NCBI GenBank assembly: GCA_001784175.1
Contig: MFPR01000001.1
Location: forward strand, 124,001-188,000
Reading direction: 5' to 3'
Source: Candidatus Lindowbacteria bacterium RIFCSPLOWO2_12_FULL_62_27
GTDB lineage: Bacteria; Lindowbacteria; 2-12-FULL-62-27
Length of the DNA stretch: 64,000 bases
Positions within the stretch are counted from its first letter, which is position 1. Each line of letters opens with the position of its first letter. A program made the position numbers and the translations under genes. The notes beneath the pieces are model-generated. The model was not told the origin of the DNA and did no database searches. It saw only the letters and a list, made by a program, of their open reading frames with translations. Of this stretch, positions 47,943 to 58,072 are shown piece by piece.

Positions 47943-48767
47943 TCATAAAAACTCCACGCGGTCCGTTTCCACCAGCCCGCGACGCCGGCCCTCCTCAAGG
48001 AAAACCCGGATGGCGCGCTCGCCGCGCTCGCCCATATCGGCCGTCAGGTCGTTCACATACTGGTTGACGAATTGACGTGTCCGGGCCGGATCCAGCCCCC
48101 GCGAGAAGGTTTGCGCGTAAGATTCGGCCTCGGCCGGGTGGGAACGCGCGTAGGAGATGCTGGCGCTCAACAACCGGCTGAGTTCCGCGAGTGTTTCCGT
48201 TCCCAGATCCCGGCGGATCGCATTCACGCCGAGCGGCAGCGGCAATCCACCCGCGCGCGCCTTCCACCACACGCCGAGGTCCAGGAGCAGGTGCAACCCG
48301 TTTTCGGCGTACGTCAACTGGCCTTCGTGGATGAGAAGTCCAGCGTCCGCTTCGCCCCTCGATACAATCTCCATGATCTGATCGAACGGCGCCGCCACCG
48401 GCCGGAACTCGGGCAGCGCCAGGGACAGCGCGAGAAACGCGGATGTCTTCAAGCCGGGCACCGCGATTGTCCTGCCGCGCAAATCCTCCATCCGGCCCGG
48501 CCGGCGACCGACCACCACAGGACCGTAACCGTCCCCGAAGGAACCGCCGCTTCGCAGGATCAGATATTTGTCAGCCACGTCAGGATACGCCGCCACCGAA
48601 ATCGCGGTGACCGGCAGCTCTCCGGACTGCGCCTTGCGGTTCAGCGTTTCAATGTCATGAAGGGCGTGCCTGAAGACGTATCGTCCCGTATCGATTTTTC
48701 CCGCGGCCAGCGCGTAAAACATGTAGGCGTCGTCGGCGTCGGGACTGTGGCCCACCACTACTTCCAT
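47943..48767 (-). CDS. mqnD: 1,4-dihydroxy-6-naphthoate synthase (futalosine pathway)
   Basis: GHSPDADDAYMFYAL, DIETLN, GYGP, IHEGQLTY, PLPLG, YVN. Confidence 0.9.
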   Translation of the reverse strand: MEVVVGHSPDADDAYMFYALAAGKIDTGRYVFRHALHDIETLNRKAQSGELPVTAISVAAYPDVADKYLILRSGGSFGDGYGPVVVGRRPGRMEDLRGRTIAVPGLKTSAFLALSLALPEFRPVAAPFDQIMEIVSRGEADAGLLIHEGQLTYAENGLHLLLDLGVWWKARAGGLPLPLGVNAIRRDLGTETLAELSRLLSASISYARSHPAEAESYAQTFSRGLDPARTRQFVNQYVNDLTADMGERGERAIRVFLEEGRRRGLVETDRVEFL

Positions 48768-48789
48768 TTTAGATTTTTGATTTTAGATT

Positions 48790-50139
48790 TCAAGCAGACA
48801 GGAAAGTCAAACCAATATCTGCGGCCTCTTTGCCGTCGACCTGCGCGGCGACGGCTGCGGATTCGAGCCGGTGCAGATACTCGGTCAGCTCGCGCAGGTT
48901 GTCGAAAAACGATATCTCCGGGCGGCGGATCTTGCATTCCGAAGCCTGCGGATGGCCGCCGCCGGTGATCTCGTCCTTGAAGCCGTGCCGCCCGACCAGT
49001 CGCGACGCCAGGTTCGAGCATATTTTGCCCAGATGGATTTTTTCCGACGTTCCGCGCATGGAGAAATGCGTCCAGCCGTTGTTGAGCCGGACGGCCATGA
49101 TCAGCGCGGCGGCCTCGTCGCCGTTTTTCTTCACCAGGTCGCCCAGTTTCACCGAGCCGATCATCGGCAACAGCGGCACTTCGCCGCCCACAAAGAAGTA
49201 AACCGTCACGGGGCCGATCTGGCCGGCGCGAAACGCGTTGTCCAGCTTCGCGCTCGTCGAGTCCCAGTCTTTCAAATACCACTCGTACATCCGGCGGATC
49301 GTCTCCGAATTCGGAATCATCCGGACGAACCGGTCGAGCGAGTCCACCGCCGGAAGGTTTGCCGCGTTTTGGCCCAGCTCGAGAAGCGCGTCGAGATGCA
49401 GGGTCGGCGGATGGGTGTCCTTCAGCGCCGGGTCGCGGTCGCCGTACCAGTACTGAAACCCGCCGCCGGTCACGGCGAAGGACAGCTCGGCGATCTGGTT
49501 CAAGACCAGCGTCCACTCCCGCTGGTCGATCTCCATCCATGTCGGCCGCGTGCGGATCTTCTCGAAGAGCCGGGGGAATTTTGCCGAGGCTTCATCATAA
49601 AACGGCACGATGTAATCCGCGATCGGAAACGTGTGCGGGCGGATCGACCAGTCGGCCCGAAGGCCCACGAGCGCGACGAAATCGTCGAAATCGGTCCGGC
49701 GGCCCAGTGCGGTCAGGATCCGGTGGCAGAGATACGCCGTGCAGCAGGGCTTGCGCGGATTGTAGACGATGCATTTCGCCGGCGTCCCCTGGTACAGATG
49801 ATGGTCGATCACGACGAAGTCCCGGCCCGGCACGGCGAAATCGTCGTAGTATCCACACGTGCCCTTGTCGATGCAAAAAATCGCGTCGAACCGCTCCCGG
49901 TCCGCCCACGCCTGGACGCGGAACGCCTCCAGCTCGAACGGCGCCGGCAGGTCCACCCGGTACTCGATCCCGAGCGCCTTGAAGAGCCGGATCAGAATCG
50001 CCGCCGCCGTGCCGCCGTCCGGATCGTCGTCGGCGAAAATCAAAATCCGTTTCCAGCGCTTCGACCGAAGGCCGTCCACGATCGCGGCAAAGGCGCCGTC
50101 GGTTTTCAATTCGGATTCGATATGCTCTTGATAAGTCAT
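48790..50139 (-). CDS. DHH/DHHA1 family phosphoesterase
   Basis: DDDPDG, IDKG, VIDHH, S.RG, GGGHPQA. Confidence 0.75.
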   Translation of the reverse strand: MTYQEHIESELKTDGAFAAIVDGLRSKRWKRILIFADDDPDGGTAAAILIRLFKALGIEYRVDLPAPFELEAFRVQAWADRERFDAIFCIDKGTCGYYDDFAVPGRDFVVIDHHLYQGTPAKCIVYNPRKPCCTAYLCHRILTALGRRTDFDDFVALVGLRADWSIRPHTFPIADYIVPFYDEASAKFPRLFEKIRTRPTWMEIDQREWTLVLNQIAELSFAVTGGGFQYWYGDRDPALKDTHPPTLHLDALLELGQNAANLPAVDSLDRFVRMIPNSETIRRMYEWYLKDWDSTSAKLDNAFRAGQIGPVTVYFFVGGEVPLLPMIGSVKLGDLVKKNGDEAAALIMAVRLNNGWTHFSMRGTSEKIHLGKICSNLASRLVGRHGFKDEITGGGHPQASECKIRRPEISFFDNLRELTEYLHRLESAAVAAQVDGKEAADIGLTFLSA

Positions 50140-50170
50140 GAGGGGAGATTAATTGAACAGCCGCGCCTTT

Positions 50171-51400
50171 TCAATCCGCGACCACCCGGCGGCTCGTGGC
50201 TGGATAAATTCGCGCGAACACGGCTTTCAGGTAACGCCCTTCCGGAAAAATGGACGACACCGGGTGGTCCCCCGCGGCGCCCGCGATCCGGAATGCCTGA
50301 AACACCACGCCGGCCTCGGCCGCCGATCGGGTCAGGATCGACAGAAAGTCGGGCTCGGAAATCAGGCCCGAACACGAACACGTCAGAAGAACGCCCCCTG
50401 GCCGCACCGCCTTCATCGCCAGACGGTTCAGGTCCCCGTACGTCCGTCGCGCGCGCGGAATCTCGTCCCGCACGCCGGCCAGCTTCGCGGGGTCGGCAAT
50501 CACGAGGTCCGCGAGATCGCCGCGCGCGACCATGCCGCGCAGATGATCAAAAACGTCGGCATGCAGAAACTCCACCTGCGCGCCGTTCATGCGCGCGTTC
50601 TCGCCGGCCGTCCGGAGCGCCTTTTCGTCCAGGTCCACGCCGGTCACCGACGCGGCTTTCCCGAGCGCGGCGGCGATTGAAAATCCGCCTGTGTAGCAAA
50701 ACAAATCCAGCACGCGCCGCCCGGCCGACATCTGCGCCGCCTCACGGCGGTTTTCACGCTGGTCCAGAAAAAACCCGGTCTTGTGGCCGGCCCTGAAATC
50801 AACCTTCATCCGCACGCCGTTCTCCTGAATGACGACCGATTCCGGCGCCGGATGCCGCCGCGCAAGTTCCGCGCATTCCTTTTCGACGCCCTCGCGCACC
50901 GCATGCTTAGCGTCCGGCCGCACCACCATCCGGCAGGACGGGTAGAGTTCTCGGAGGCCCTTGGTCAGCGCATCCATGAAATACACGTACCCGGCCGAAT
51001 ACGGCTCGATCACCAGCACGTCCGCGTACTTGTCGACCATGAGGCCCGAGAGGCCGTCCGCCTCGCCGTGGATCAAACGGTAACTGTCGGACTGCCTGCC
51101 GATCCCCAGAATTTCCTCGCGCAGGCGCCGGGCCTCGGCCAGTTTCGCCCGGAAAAAACTCCAATCCAGCGGCTCGGACTCGCGCTCGGTCAAAAGCCGG
51201 ACCGCGATGTTGCTGACCGGGTTGTAAATCCCGCGCCCGACAAACTCGCCTTCCCGCGTCACGACCGTCACCGGCGCGCCGCACGGCAGCCGCTTCTTCG
51301 GCGGCCGCACCATCTTCTTGAAGATCCACGGATGAAGAGAATTCCGCCGCGCCCGAAGCTCGATCACGGGCAGCGCCTCATCCGACGGTCGAAATTTCAT
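50171..51400 (-). CDS. class I SAM-dependent rRNA methyltransferase (RlmI-like)
   Basis: HPWIF, HGEADGLSG, GHKTGFFLDQREN, LDLFCYTGGF, TCSCS, DHP..PEGRYLK. Confidence 0.9.
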   Translation of the reverse strand: MKFRPSDEALPVIELRARRNSLHPWIFKKMVRPPKKRLPCGAPVTVVTREGEFVGRGIYNPVSNIAVRLLTERESEPLDWSFFRAKLAEARRLREEILGIGRQSDSYRLIHGEADGLSGLMVDKYADVLVIEPYSAGYVYFMDALTKGLRELYPSCRMVVRPDAKHAVREGVEKECAELARRHPAPESVVIQENGVRMKVDFRAGHKTGFFLDQRENRREAAQMSAGRRVLDLFCYTGGFSIAAALGKAASVTGVDLDEKALRTAGENARMNGAQVEFLHADVFDHLRGMVARGDLADLVIADPAKLAGVRDEIPRARRTYGDLNRLAMKAVRPGGVLLTCSCSGLISEPDFLSILTRSAAEAGVVFQAFRIAGAAGDHPVSSIFPEGRYLKAVFARIYPATSRRVVAD

Positions 51401-51436
51401 GCGGCGACCTTATCACGCGGCGGCCGGGCTGTTAAT

Positions 51437-51476
51437 CTCCCTCTTCCCCCCTTGTGGGGGAAGCTGGATGGGGGGG
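51437..51476. repeat. REP-like palindromic element, copy 2
   Basis: CTCCCTCTTCCCCCCTTGTGGGGGAAGCTGGATGGGGGG in a divergent intergenic region. Confidence 0.55.
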
Positions 51477-51516
51477 TTCCCGCGAGATGTACCCCCTATG
51501 GAAGGAGGATGTTCGC

Positions 51517-52248
51517 GTGGCGTTTTTGATCCTGTCCCAGATTTCCATTGGAATCATCCTGGCGCTGATCGCGATCTCGCTCGACAAGGTCGGCCGGGGG
51601 TTTTTTTCGTTTCACGCGGCGCTCGCCCTGTCGCTGGAAGCGATCGCCCTCGCTCTGGATCGATCCCGCATGCCGGCTTTCGCGCCCTACGGCGCCTCTC
51701 TTCTGATCCTGACCGTGCTGTACCAGGTTCGGAAACTGCGCTGGACGGGGACGCTGATCAGGCTCACCGCTCTCCTGGGCGCGGCGGCGCTGGTCTGGAT
51801 CGCCGGCCCTTCCACCGCGGACGCGCTCGCGCTGGTGTCCTCCGCATGGGTTCTCGGCGCGGTCCTCGTGGCGATGAACCTCGGCCACTGGTATCTCGTC
51901 ATCCGGGGCCTTCCCATCGACCTCCTCGGCGTCGCCAACCGCCGCCTCATCCAGGCGCTCGTCCTGAGAATTGCCTGCATCGCGATCGGCGTCATCCTTG
52001 CGCGCGAGGCGTGGGCTGCGATGTGGACGGCCGCGGGAGGGCCGATGTGGGACAAGGTCCTGTTTCTGACCGTGCGCGTCGCGTTCGGACTGGCCGCCCC
52101 CTTGGTTCTCTCCTGGATGGTCCACGAGTGCGTGAAAATCAAATCCAACCAGTCGGCCACCGGCATCCTCTACGTCTCGGTGGTCTTCATCCTGATCGGC
52201 GAGCTTTCGGGCCTCTACTTCCTCCTCCACCGGGGCGTCCCGCTCTGA
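51517..52248 (+). CDS. multi-TM hypothetical membrane protein
   Basis: GGAGG RBS; LGHWYL and QSATGILYV motifs. Confidence 0.8.
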   Translation: MAFLILSQISIGIILALIAISLDKVGRGFFSFHAALALSLEAIALALDRSRMPAFAPYGASLLILTVLYQVRKLRWTGTLIRLTALLGAAALVWIAGPSTADALALVSSAWVLGAVLVAMNLGHWYLVIRGLPIDLLGVANRRLIQALVLRIACIAIGVILAREAWAAMWTAAGGPMWDKVLFLTVRVAFGLAAPLVLSWMVHECVKIKSNQSATGILYVSVVFILIGELSGLYFLLHRGVPL

Positions 52249-52279
52249 CGGATCTCATAAACCGACCGCGTCCATGACC

Positions 52280-52329
52280 AAGTGATATCATGATATCATG
52301 ATAGCTATCATGATATCATGATATCACTT
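52280..52329. repeat. 50-bp perfect palindrome built from TGATATCA units
   Basis: AAGTGATATCATGATATCATGATAG|CTATCATGATATCATGATATCACTT. Confidence 0.95.
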
Positions 52330-52345
52330 TGGCAAAGGAGGGCGC

Positions 52346-52792
52346 ATGGTGAGAGAGATCAATTTCTACTGCCGGGAGTGCGGCAACGGCATCCTGTTGT
52401 CGGGCCCGCCGTTTCCGGAAATGAGCCGGTGCGAAAAATGCAATATCGACTACCCGGTCAAGGCCGACCCCGCCCTGAGCGGCGGCCGGCCCCTTGAAAA
52501 CTGCCCGCGCTGCGACGGCTCTGAGTTTTATGTTCAAAAGGATTTCAACAGAAATCTCGGGCTCGCCGTCGCCATCCTCGCGGCCCTCGGGGTGTACCTC
52601 GTCTTCGGATTGACCTGGAAAAGCCTCGTTGGACTTCTGGCGATCGCCGGCCTCGACGCCCTGCTCTACCGCATCCTGCCGCTCATCACCATCTGCTACC
52701 GCTGCAAGACCATCTACCGGGGATTCCCGATCAATCCCGCACACTCCGCATTTGATCTGCATGTGGGTGAGAAATACAGGAAACCCTCGTAA
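52346..52792 (+). CDS. zinc-ribbon membrane protein
   Basis: four CxxC pairs, FYVQKDF, two TM; AGGAGG RBS. Confidence 0.8.
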   Translation: MVREINFYCRECGNGILLSGPPFPEMSRCEKCNIDYPVKADPALSGGRPLENCPRCDGSEFYVQKDFNRNLGLAVAILAALGVYLVFGLTWKSLVGLLAIAGLDALLYRILPLITICYRCKTIYRGFPINPAHSAFDLHVGEKYRKPS

Positions 52793-52824
52793 CGATTCAC
52801 ATCCCCGTCGATCATCCGGTTTAG

Positions 52825-54453
52825 CCCGGATATTTCATAAACAACCGGATAGCGTGTGAATTTCAGAAAAAATTTGGGGTGAAAAAGTCTGGAGTATTCC
52901 GAGATGGGTTCAGTGATTCAAACTGACGGCATTACAGCGTATAGAGGGCACTGAAAATTCGATTTGGGCATAGAAACTTTGTCAAAGTGACCCAAGTTCG
53001 GTTCTCACGATGAACCCGTCAGGTCAGCCGCTGGATGGCCAGACGGTAGAGGTCTTTGTAGACCCACGAAATATTCTGACATTCGGATGAAGATGCGACG
53101 GGTGTTGACCAGGATGAGCGCGCCGATTTTAATGAGTTTGAGCCGGATGGTTTGACAGCGTGCTTGGGCCAGTTCGGTGCCTCGCAGGGACACGCGCCGA
53201 ATATGCTCCAGCAAGACATAGGCGGCGGAGGCGAGGAACAGACGAAATTGGTTGGCCAAGAACCGATGGCAACTCGTCCGATCGGCAAACAAATCGAGTT
53301 GTTGCTCCTTGATCCGATTCTCCGAGTCTTCTCCGCGCTGTGTGTAGAAGCCGTCATATATCCGTTGGGGAGCGCCCCGCATATTCGTCGTCACATATCG
53401 GACGTTTTCACCTTTCTCCAGTTGCTCTGCTTTCACGATAACGCGGCGTTCGTATGCCCACGTCCTGGCCCCATACCGCACCTCTCCAAACAGCCGGACT
53501 TTCTTTTGAGTTCGTCGGGCCTCCGTCCGAGACGCTTCAATGATCGTTTCCGCCGCCTTCTCCAGCCGGTCATTCTTCCCGATTCCCACGGTATATTCGA
53601 CGCCATGATGATCACACCACGTCAACATCCGATGCCGGCAGAATCCCGAGTCGGCCCGAAATTGAATGCGCACCTTTGGCCACGCCTTCCGCAACTTCCT
53701 CGTCAACAGCGCCAAGATCACCCACGCATGTTTTGCCCCATCAATATTCGACGGCCGCAGGTACCCCACCAAAAATCTATCGTCGCAGAACACGTATAAC
53801 GGCAGGTAGCAGTAATCATCGTAATACCCGTGAAAAAACGCTTTCTCCTGTTGACCGTGAATCCGGTCGTCCGTCGCGTCGAAATCCAACGTCACAACTT
53901 TCGGCGGGCGCGCGTACGATGCGATAAACTGATCCACGAATACCTCCGCCACCCTCCACGCATCCTCGCGGGTCCCTGAATTCTCGAACCTGCAGATTGT
54001 GGGCGGACTTGCCATCGCATGCTCCTCGCCCGGCTCGCGATTCGCCGCGACCTGAAACATCGGATCTTTCCGCAGATGCTCTTGATCGTTCACATCCTCA
54101 TATCCGCTCGCGATCCCGTATATCCTCTGCTTCAGCATTGTCTCCTGTTCATGCTCCACATATGACGGATGCCGCCGATCCTCGATCGCCCGATTCATTT
54201 TCTCGATGAATTTTGTCTGTTGATTGGCCTCCTCAGCAACATCACACCCGCATCCGATGTGATACTTCCCCCAGAAAAATCACTCTCAACTTTTTTTGAT
54301 TGGACGCCTTTATACCTGATACACTTTGTAGTACCCATTTCCATCGGTAAATCCTCCTTCGTTTGGTTTTGCTCACCCCTATTCTATAGGGGATTTCGAA
54401 GGGTTAAAAGGATTTACCGTTATTTTTTCCTGCTTTTTTATGAAATATCCGGG
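52825..54453 (-). mobile_element. IS1380-family insertion sequence
   Basis: 17-bp terminal inverted repeats CCCGGATATTTCATAAA / TTTATGAAATATCCGGG; TTAG direct repeats at 52821 and 54454; lower GC. Confidence 0.93.
53019..54344 (-). pseudogene. IS1380 transposase with frameshift(s)
   Basis: FSGGSITSDAG in one frame; GYEDVND, LDFDATDD, RADSGF and ENRIKE in another; shift near 54230 and probably near 53070. Confidence 0.8.
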
Positions 54454-54526
54454 TTAGGATCAGAGTTTATCCACGCTGCCCGGAAGGCGTTTGACAAAGG
54501 GACCACCAGGGTGGTAACTTTTAGTC

Positions 54527-54775
54527 ATGACGCGGCTGGTCAACGTGAAAGAATTCAAAATGCGGGCGACAAAGTACTTGGGGGGCGAAGACGAGGTCGT
54601 CATCACCAAACGGGGCCGGCCGATGGCGGTACTGACGCCGATTGGGCCCAGATCGGCAGAACGGATCCTGACGTCGATTGGAGAGATTTTCCGGGAAGCC
54701 GGGGTCCGGCCGGCAGACGCGCAGGATGCCCTGGATCGGGTCCGGCGCCGCCTCTATGGCCCGCGTCGTTCTTGA
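54527..54775 (+). CDS. Phd/YefM family antitoxin
   Basis: VNVKEFK...EVVITKRGRPMAVL. Confidence 0.85.
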   Translation: MTRLVNVKEFKMRATKYLGGEDEVVITKRGRPMAVLTPIGPRSAERILTSIGEIFREAGVRPADAQDALDRVRRRLYGPRRS

Positions 54776-55181
54776 CGCAAGCGTTCTCGTCTCCGCCGCG
54801 TTCGGCGGCCTGCCGCTGAAGGCCGTCCAGAAAGCGTTCACCCACGAAGTTTTCGTTTCTCCGGCCATCCGCGAGGAACTGCTTCTGTTGCCCGACGAAC
54901 TGAAATACAAACTCTCGCCTGACCGGCGCGCGAAAGTGCGGCGATGGATCCGGGCGATTCTGATCAAAGCGACCGAAGTTTGCCCCACGAAATCGTTGGA
55001 CCTCTGCCGGGATCCCAAAGGCAACGTCTATCTCTCGGCGTGTCTGGCCTCCAAGGCCGACTATCTGATCACGCGCGATCACGACCTCCTGTCCATCCAC
55101 AAAGACCTTTTGGCCCAGAACGGTCTTGAGCATCTGAACATGTTGTCTTCCCGGAAATTTCTGGCGGTTCGGTCGGTGTAA
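54756..55181 (+). CDS. PIN-domain toxin
   Basis: RVVLDASVLVSA, CRDPK, ADYLITRDHDLL. Confidence 0.85.
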   Translation: MARVVLDASVLVSAAFGGLPLKAVQKAFTHEVFVSPAIREELLLLPDELKYKLSPDRRAKVRRWIRAILIKATEVCPTKSLDLCRDPKGNVYLSACLASKADYLITRDHDLLSIHKDLLAQNGLEHLNMLSSRKFLAVRSV

Positions 55182-55223
55182 AGAAAATCTCCACCTCCGT
55201 CCCTGCAGAAAGGCTCCACGCGT

Positions 55224-55793
55224 TCACTTCCCCCAGTCCGGCATGACGGCCGGCAGGCCCAGCGCGCGCACAATCTTGTTCACCACGAAATCGACGGCAT
55301 CCTGAATCGTCGCCGGCCGGTGATAAAATCCCGGGCTGGCCGGCAGGATCGTGCCGCCGGCCCGCGTGACGCGCGCCATGTTTTCGATGTGAATCAGGCT
55401 GTAGGGCGTTTCCCGTGTCACCAGGATCAGCTTCTTCCGCTCCTTGAGCATGGTGTCCGCCGCGCGCACCACGAGATTGTCCGAAATCCCGCCCGCGATC
55501 TTGCCCAGCGTGTTCATGCTGCACGGCACGATCACCAGCCCCTCGTACGCGTTGGATCCGCTGGCGATGGGCGCGAAATAATCCTTGTAATGGAAGTATC
55601 GCACCGGACTTCGAGGCTTGAGCGCCGCCGGGTCGAATTTTTCGAGCGTACCCGCGACCTTCTCTTCGAATTTCAGCACATCCAGACCGTCCGGCGTCAT
55701 CGTCAGGAGCACTTCTTCAACGTCCAGTACTTCGAGCAGGCGGCGCGCGTAAATGCCGCCGCTGGCGCCGGTGATCGCGATGGCGACTTTCAA
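55224..55793 (-). CDS. ubiX: flavin prenyltransferase UbiX
   Basis: ITGASG, ASGS, PCSM, RAAD..LKE, RETP, PGFY. Confidence 0.93.
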   Translation of the reverse strand: MKVAIAITGASGGIYARRLLEVLDVEEVLLTMTPDGLDVLKFEEKVAGTLEKFDPAALKPRSPVRYFHYKDYFAPIASGSNAYEGLVIVPCSMNTLGKIAGGISDNLVVRAADTMLKERKKLILVTRETPYSLIHIENMARVTRAGGTILPASPGFYHRPATIQDAVDFVVNKIVRALGLPAVMPDWGK

Positions 55794-56854
55794 GACCAGA
55801 CGCCGGGAATCGCCGTCAGGCATTTTGGGCAGGCGCCGCCCTTCAGGAGATTGCGGACGATCCGGAATCCGATCCGCTCGATCACGGGAGTTTCGCATTT
55901 CGGGCATACCGTATTTTCCCACTCGCCGACCCGGCCCGGCCGGTTGCCCGCATAGACGTAGTGGAGTCCCTCCTCCTTTCCGATCTCCGCCGCGCGGAGG
56001 ATGTCCCGCTCCGTCGTGTCCCGCCGGTCGATCATCTTGTAGTCCTGGTGAAACGCGGTGACGTGCCAGGGAATGTCTTTCGAGACGCCGGCCAGAAACC
56101 GGGCGATGTCACGAAGCTCCGCCTCCGAATCGTTGAAGCCCGGCACCACAAGCGTCACGATCTCGACCCAGAAGCCCATCCGGTGCAGCCGCCCGATGGT
56201 GTCCAACACGACCGACAATTGCCCACCCAACGCGTGGTATCCTTTCTCGGTGAATCCCTTGAGATCCACTTTGTACAAGTCCACCCAGGGCCGAATGTAC
56301 TCGAGAACCTCCGGGGTGCCGTTCCCATTCGAAATGTACGCTGTCTTGAAACCCGCCGACTTCGCCTGCTTGAACACTTCCACCGCCCACTCGCTCGTGA
56401 TCAACGGCTCGTTGTAGGTCGACGCCACCGTCGAGGCGCGCTCGCGCCGCGCGAGATGCACCAGATCCTCCGCTGAAACGTCCCTCGGAGGCGCGGTCGA
56501 GTTTTCGTCCCGCAGCGACTGCGACGTGAACCAGTTCTGGCAATAGGAACAGTGAAAGTCACAGCCCAGCATCCCGAACGACAGAGCCTGCGTCCCCGGC
56601 ATCGCGTGGAAAAACGGTTTTTTCTCAATCGGGTCGCACTGCAAAGCGCCCACGTAGCCTCGCGGCACATAGAGCACGCCGCCTTCGTTGTAGCGGACTT
56701 TGCATATCCCGCGTTTGCCGTCGCCGATGAGACACCGATGGCCGCAGGACACGCACCGGACCTTGTGGTCCTCCATCTTTTCAACCAGCATGCCCGCCGC
56801 CGCGCGACGGCGGAGAGCCGCCTCCAGCGTTTCAACGGGGGTCGCGCTTTCCAT
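55790..56854 (-). CDS. amrS: AmmeMemoRadiSam system radical SAM enzyme
   Basis: DPIEKKPFFH, GCDFHCSYCQNW, TYNEP, YVYAGN, terminal CxxC pairs. Confidence 0.9.
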   Translation of the reverse strand: MESATPVETLEAALRRRAAAGMLVEKMEDHKVRCVSCGHRCLIGDGKRGICKVRYNEGGVLYVPRGYVGALQCDPIEKKPFFHAMPGTQALSFGMLGCDFHCSYCQNWFTSQSLRDENSTAPPRDVSAEDLVHLARRERASTVASTYNEPLITSEWAVEVFKQAKSAGFKTAYISNGNGTPEVLEYIRPWVDLYKVDLKGFTEKGYHALGGQLSVVLDTIGRLHRMGFWVEIVTLVVPGFNDSEAELRDIARFLAGVSKDIPWHVTAFHQDYKMIDRRDTTERDILRAAEIGKEEGLHYVYAGNRPGRVGEWENTVCPKCETPVIERIGFRIVRNLLKGGACPKCLTAIPGVWS

Positions 56855-56965
56855 ATTAAAATTGTACGGCGTGGCGCCGGCAAAGACAAGCTAGCCCCCG
56901 GATTCGGCGGCTGCGCCGTCCGTGGCTATGCCGAATTCCCGAATCCGGGGACTCGACGTCCGTGT

Positions 56966-58072
56966 CTAGGCCAGTAGAGCGGCGAAGCGGTCCGGCGCAA
57001 GCGGCGGCGTTTTCAGAAGCGACAGATTTTCCTTCACATGCTCCGGACTGCTCATGCCGACGAGCGGCGCCGACACGCCCGGCGTCGACCGGACAAACTG
57101 GATCGCCCGCTGGGCGTCGGTGGCCAGCCCCGGAATACTATCCTTCAGTTCCTTCGGCAGGCCGTACGCCAGCCGGCCCTGAAAAATCGGGACGCTGGTA
57201 AAAACGGACACGCCCAGACGCTTGGCGGCCTCCAACGCCGTGCACCGGCCGCCGGCCACTTCCTGGGTCGGCTCCGACAGCGCCTCCGGCATCATCAAAT
57301 TGTATGGCAGTTGAATGACCCGGAACCGGTGCGACTCCCCGGCCACATCCCGGGCCAGCCGCACCAGTCGCTCCAGGCTGACATGGTCCGGCGCGCCCGG
57401 CGGCGCGCGAAACGCATTCCAGGTGGCGCACCCGTACCAGACGATTTTTCCGTCCGATGCGGCGCGTTCCAGCGCGTCAAACACCTCGCGCATCCGCCCG
57501 TAAAATTCCTCCGTCTCAACGGCGGAAAGCTGGGTCTCGGGATTGTGCACGTAATAGACGTCGATCTGTTCGACGCCCAAATTGGCGCGGCTGCATTCGA
57601 TCTGGTGAATCAAATATTTTGGCGTCATGCAGTGCATCCCGCCGACAAGATCCCGGGGGCCGGCAATGCCGGGCTTGATGAACGTTTCGGTAAAATACGT
57701 CGGCGGATGCGCCGGCACGTCCCCGTCGAACGGGATGAATCCGCCTTTCGTGCAGAGCAGGAGTTCGTCCCGCCGGATGCCTTTCGCGTCCAACCGCCGC
57801 AGGCCCTCGCCGATCGACCGCTCGCTCCGCTGAAACCGGTAATTGGAGGCGGTGTCGATCACGTTGCAGCCCCCGCTGACCGCGTCCACCGCGGCCTGCG
57901 CGTAGGATTCGTCCGCCGCCGGATCCGGCGGCCCGAGGTACGTCCCCATGCCGACCGATCCGATGGTGACGCCGAGCGCCGCGCGAAAATGGCCGGGCGC
58001 GGCGTCGGAAAAACGCCGTGCATACCGCGCGGTTCCCTCAGGCGTGGCTTTTCCGGAAAATCGCGCGGTCAT
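56966..58072 (-). CDS. aldo/keto reductase
   Basis: GMGTYLG, IDTASNY, TKGG, YYVHNPE, IQLPYN. Confidence 0.88.
   Translation of the reverse strand: MTARFSGKATPEGTARYARRFSDAAPGHFRAALGVTIGSVGMGTYLGPPDPAADESYAQAAVDAVSGGCNVIDTASNYRFQRSERSIGEGLRRLDAKGIRRDELLLCTKGGFIPFDGDVPAHPPTYFTETFIKPGIAGPRDLVGGMHCMTPKYLIHQIECSRANLGVEQIDVYYVHNPETQLSAVETEEFYGRMREVFDALERAASDGKIVWYGCATWNAFRAPPGAPDHVSLERLVRLARDVAGESHRFRVIQLPYNLMMPEALSEPTQEVAGGRCTALEAAKRLGVSVFTSVPIFQGRLAYGLPKELKDSIPGLATDAQRAIQFVRSTPGVSAPLVGMSSPEHVKENLSLLKTPPLAPDRFAALLA

Noticed and set aside
48766-48790. TTTTAGATT short tandem repeat
   Set aside because: Short low-complexity intergenic run with no supportable function.
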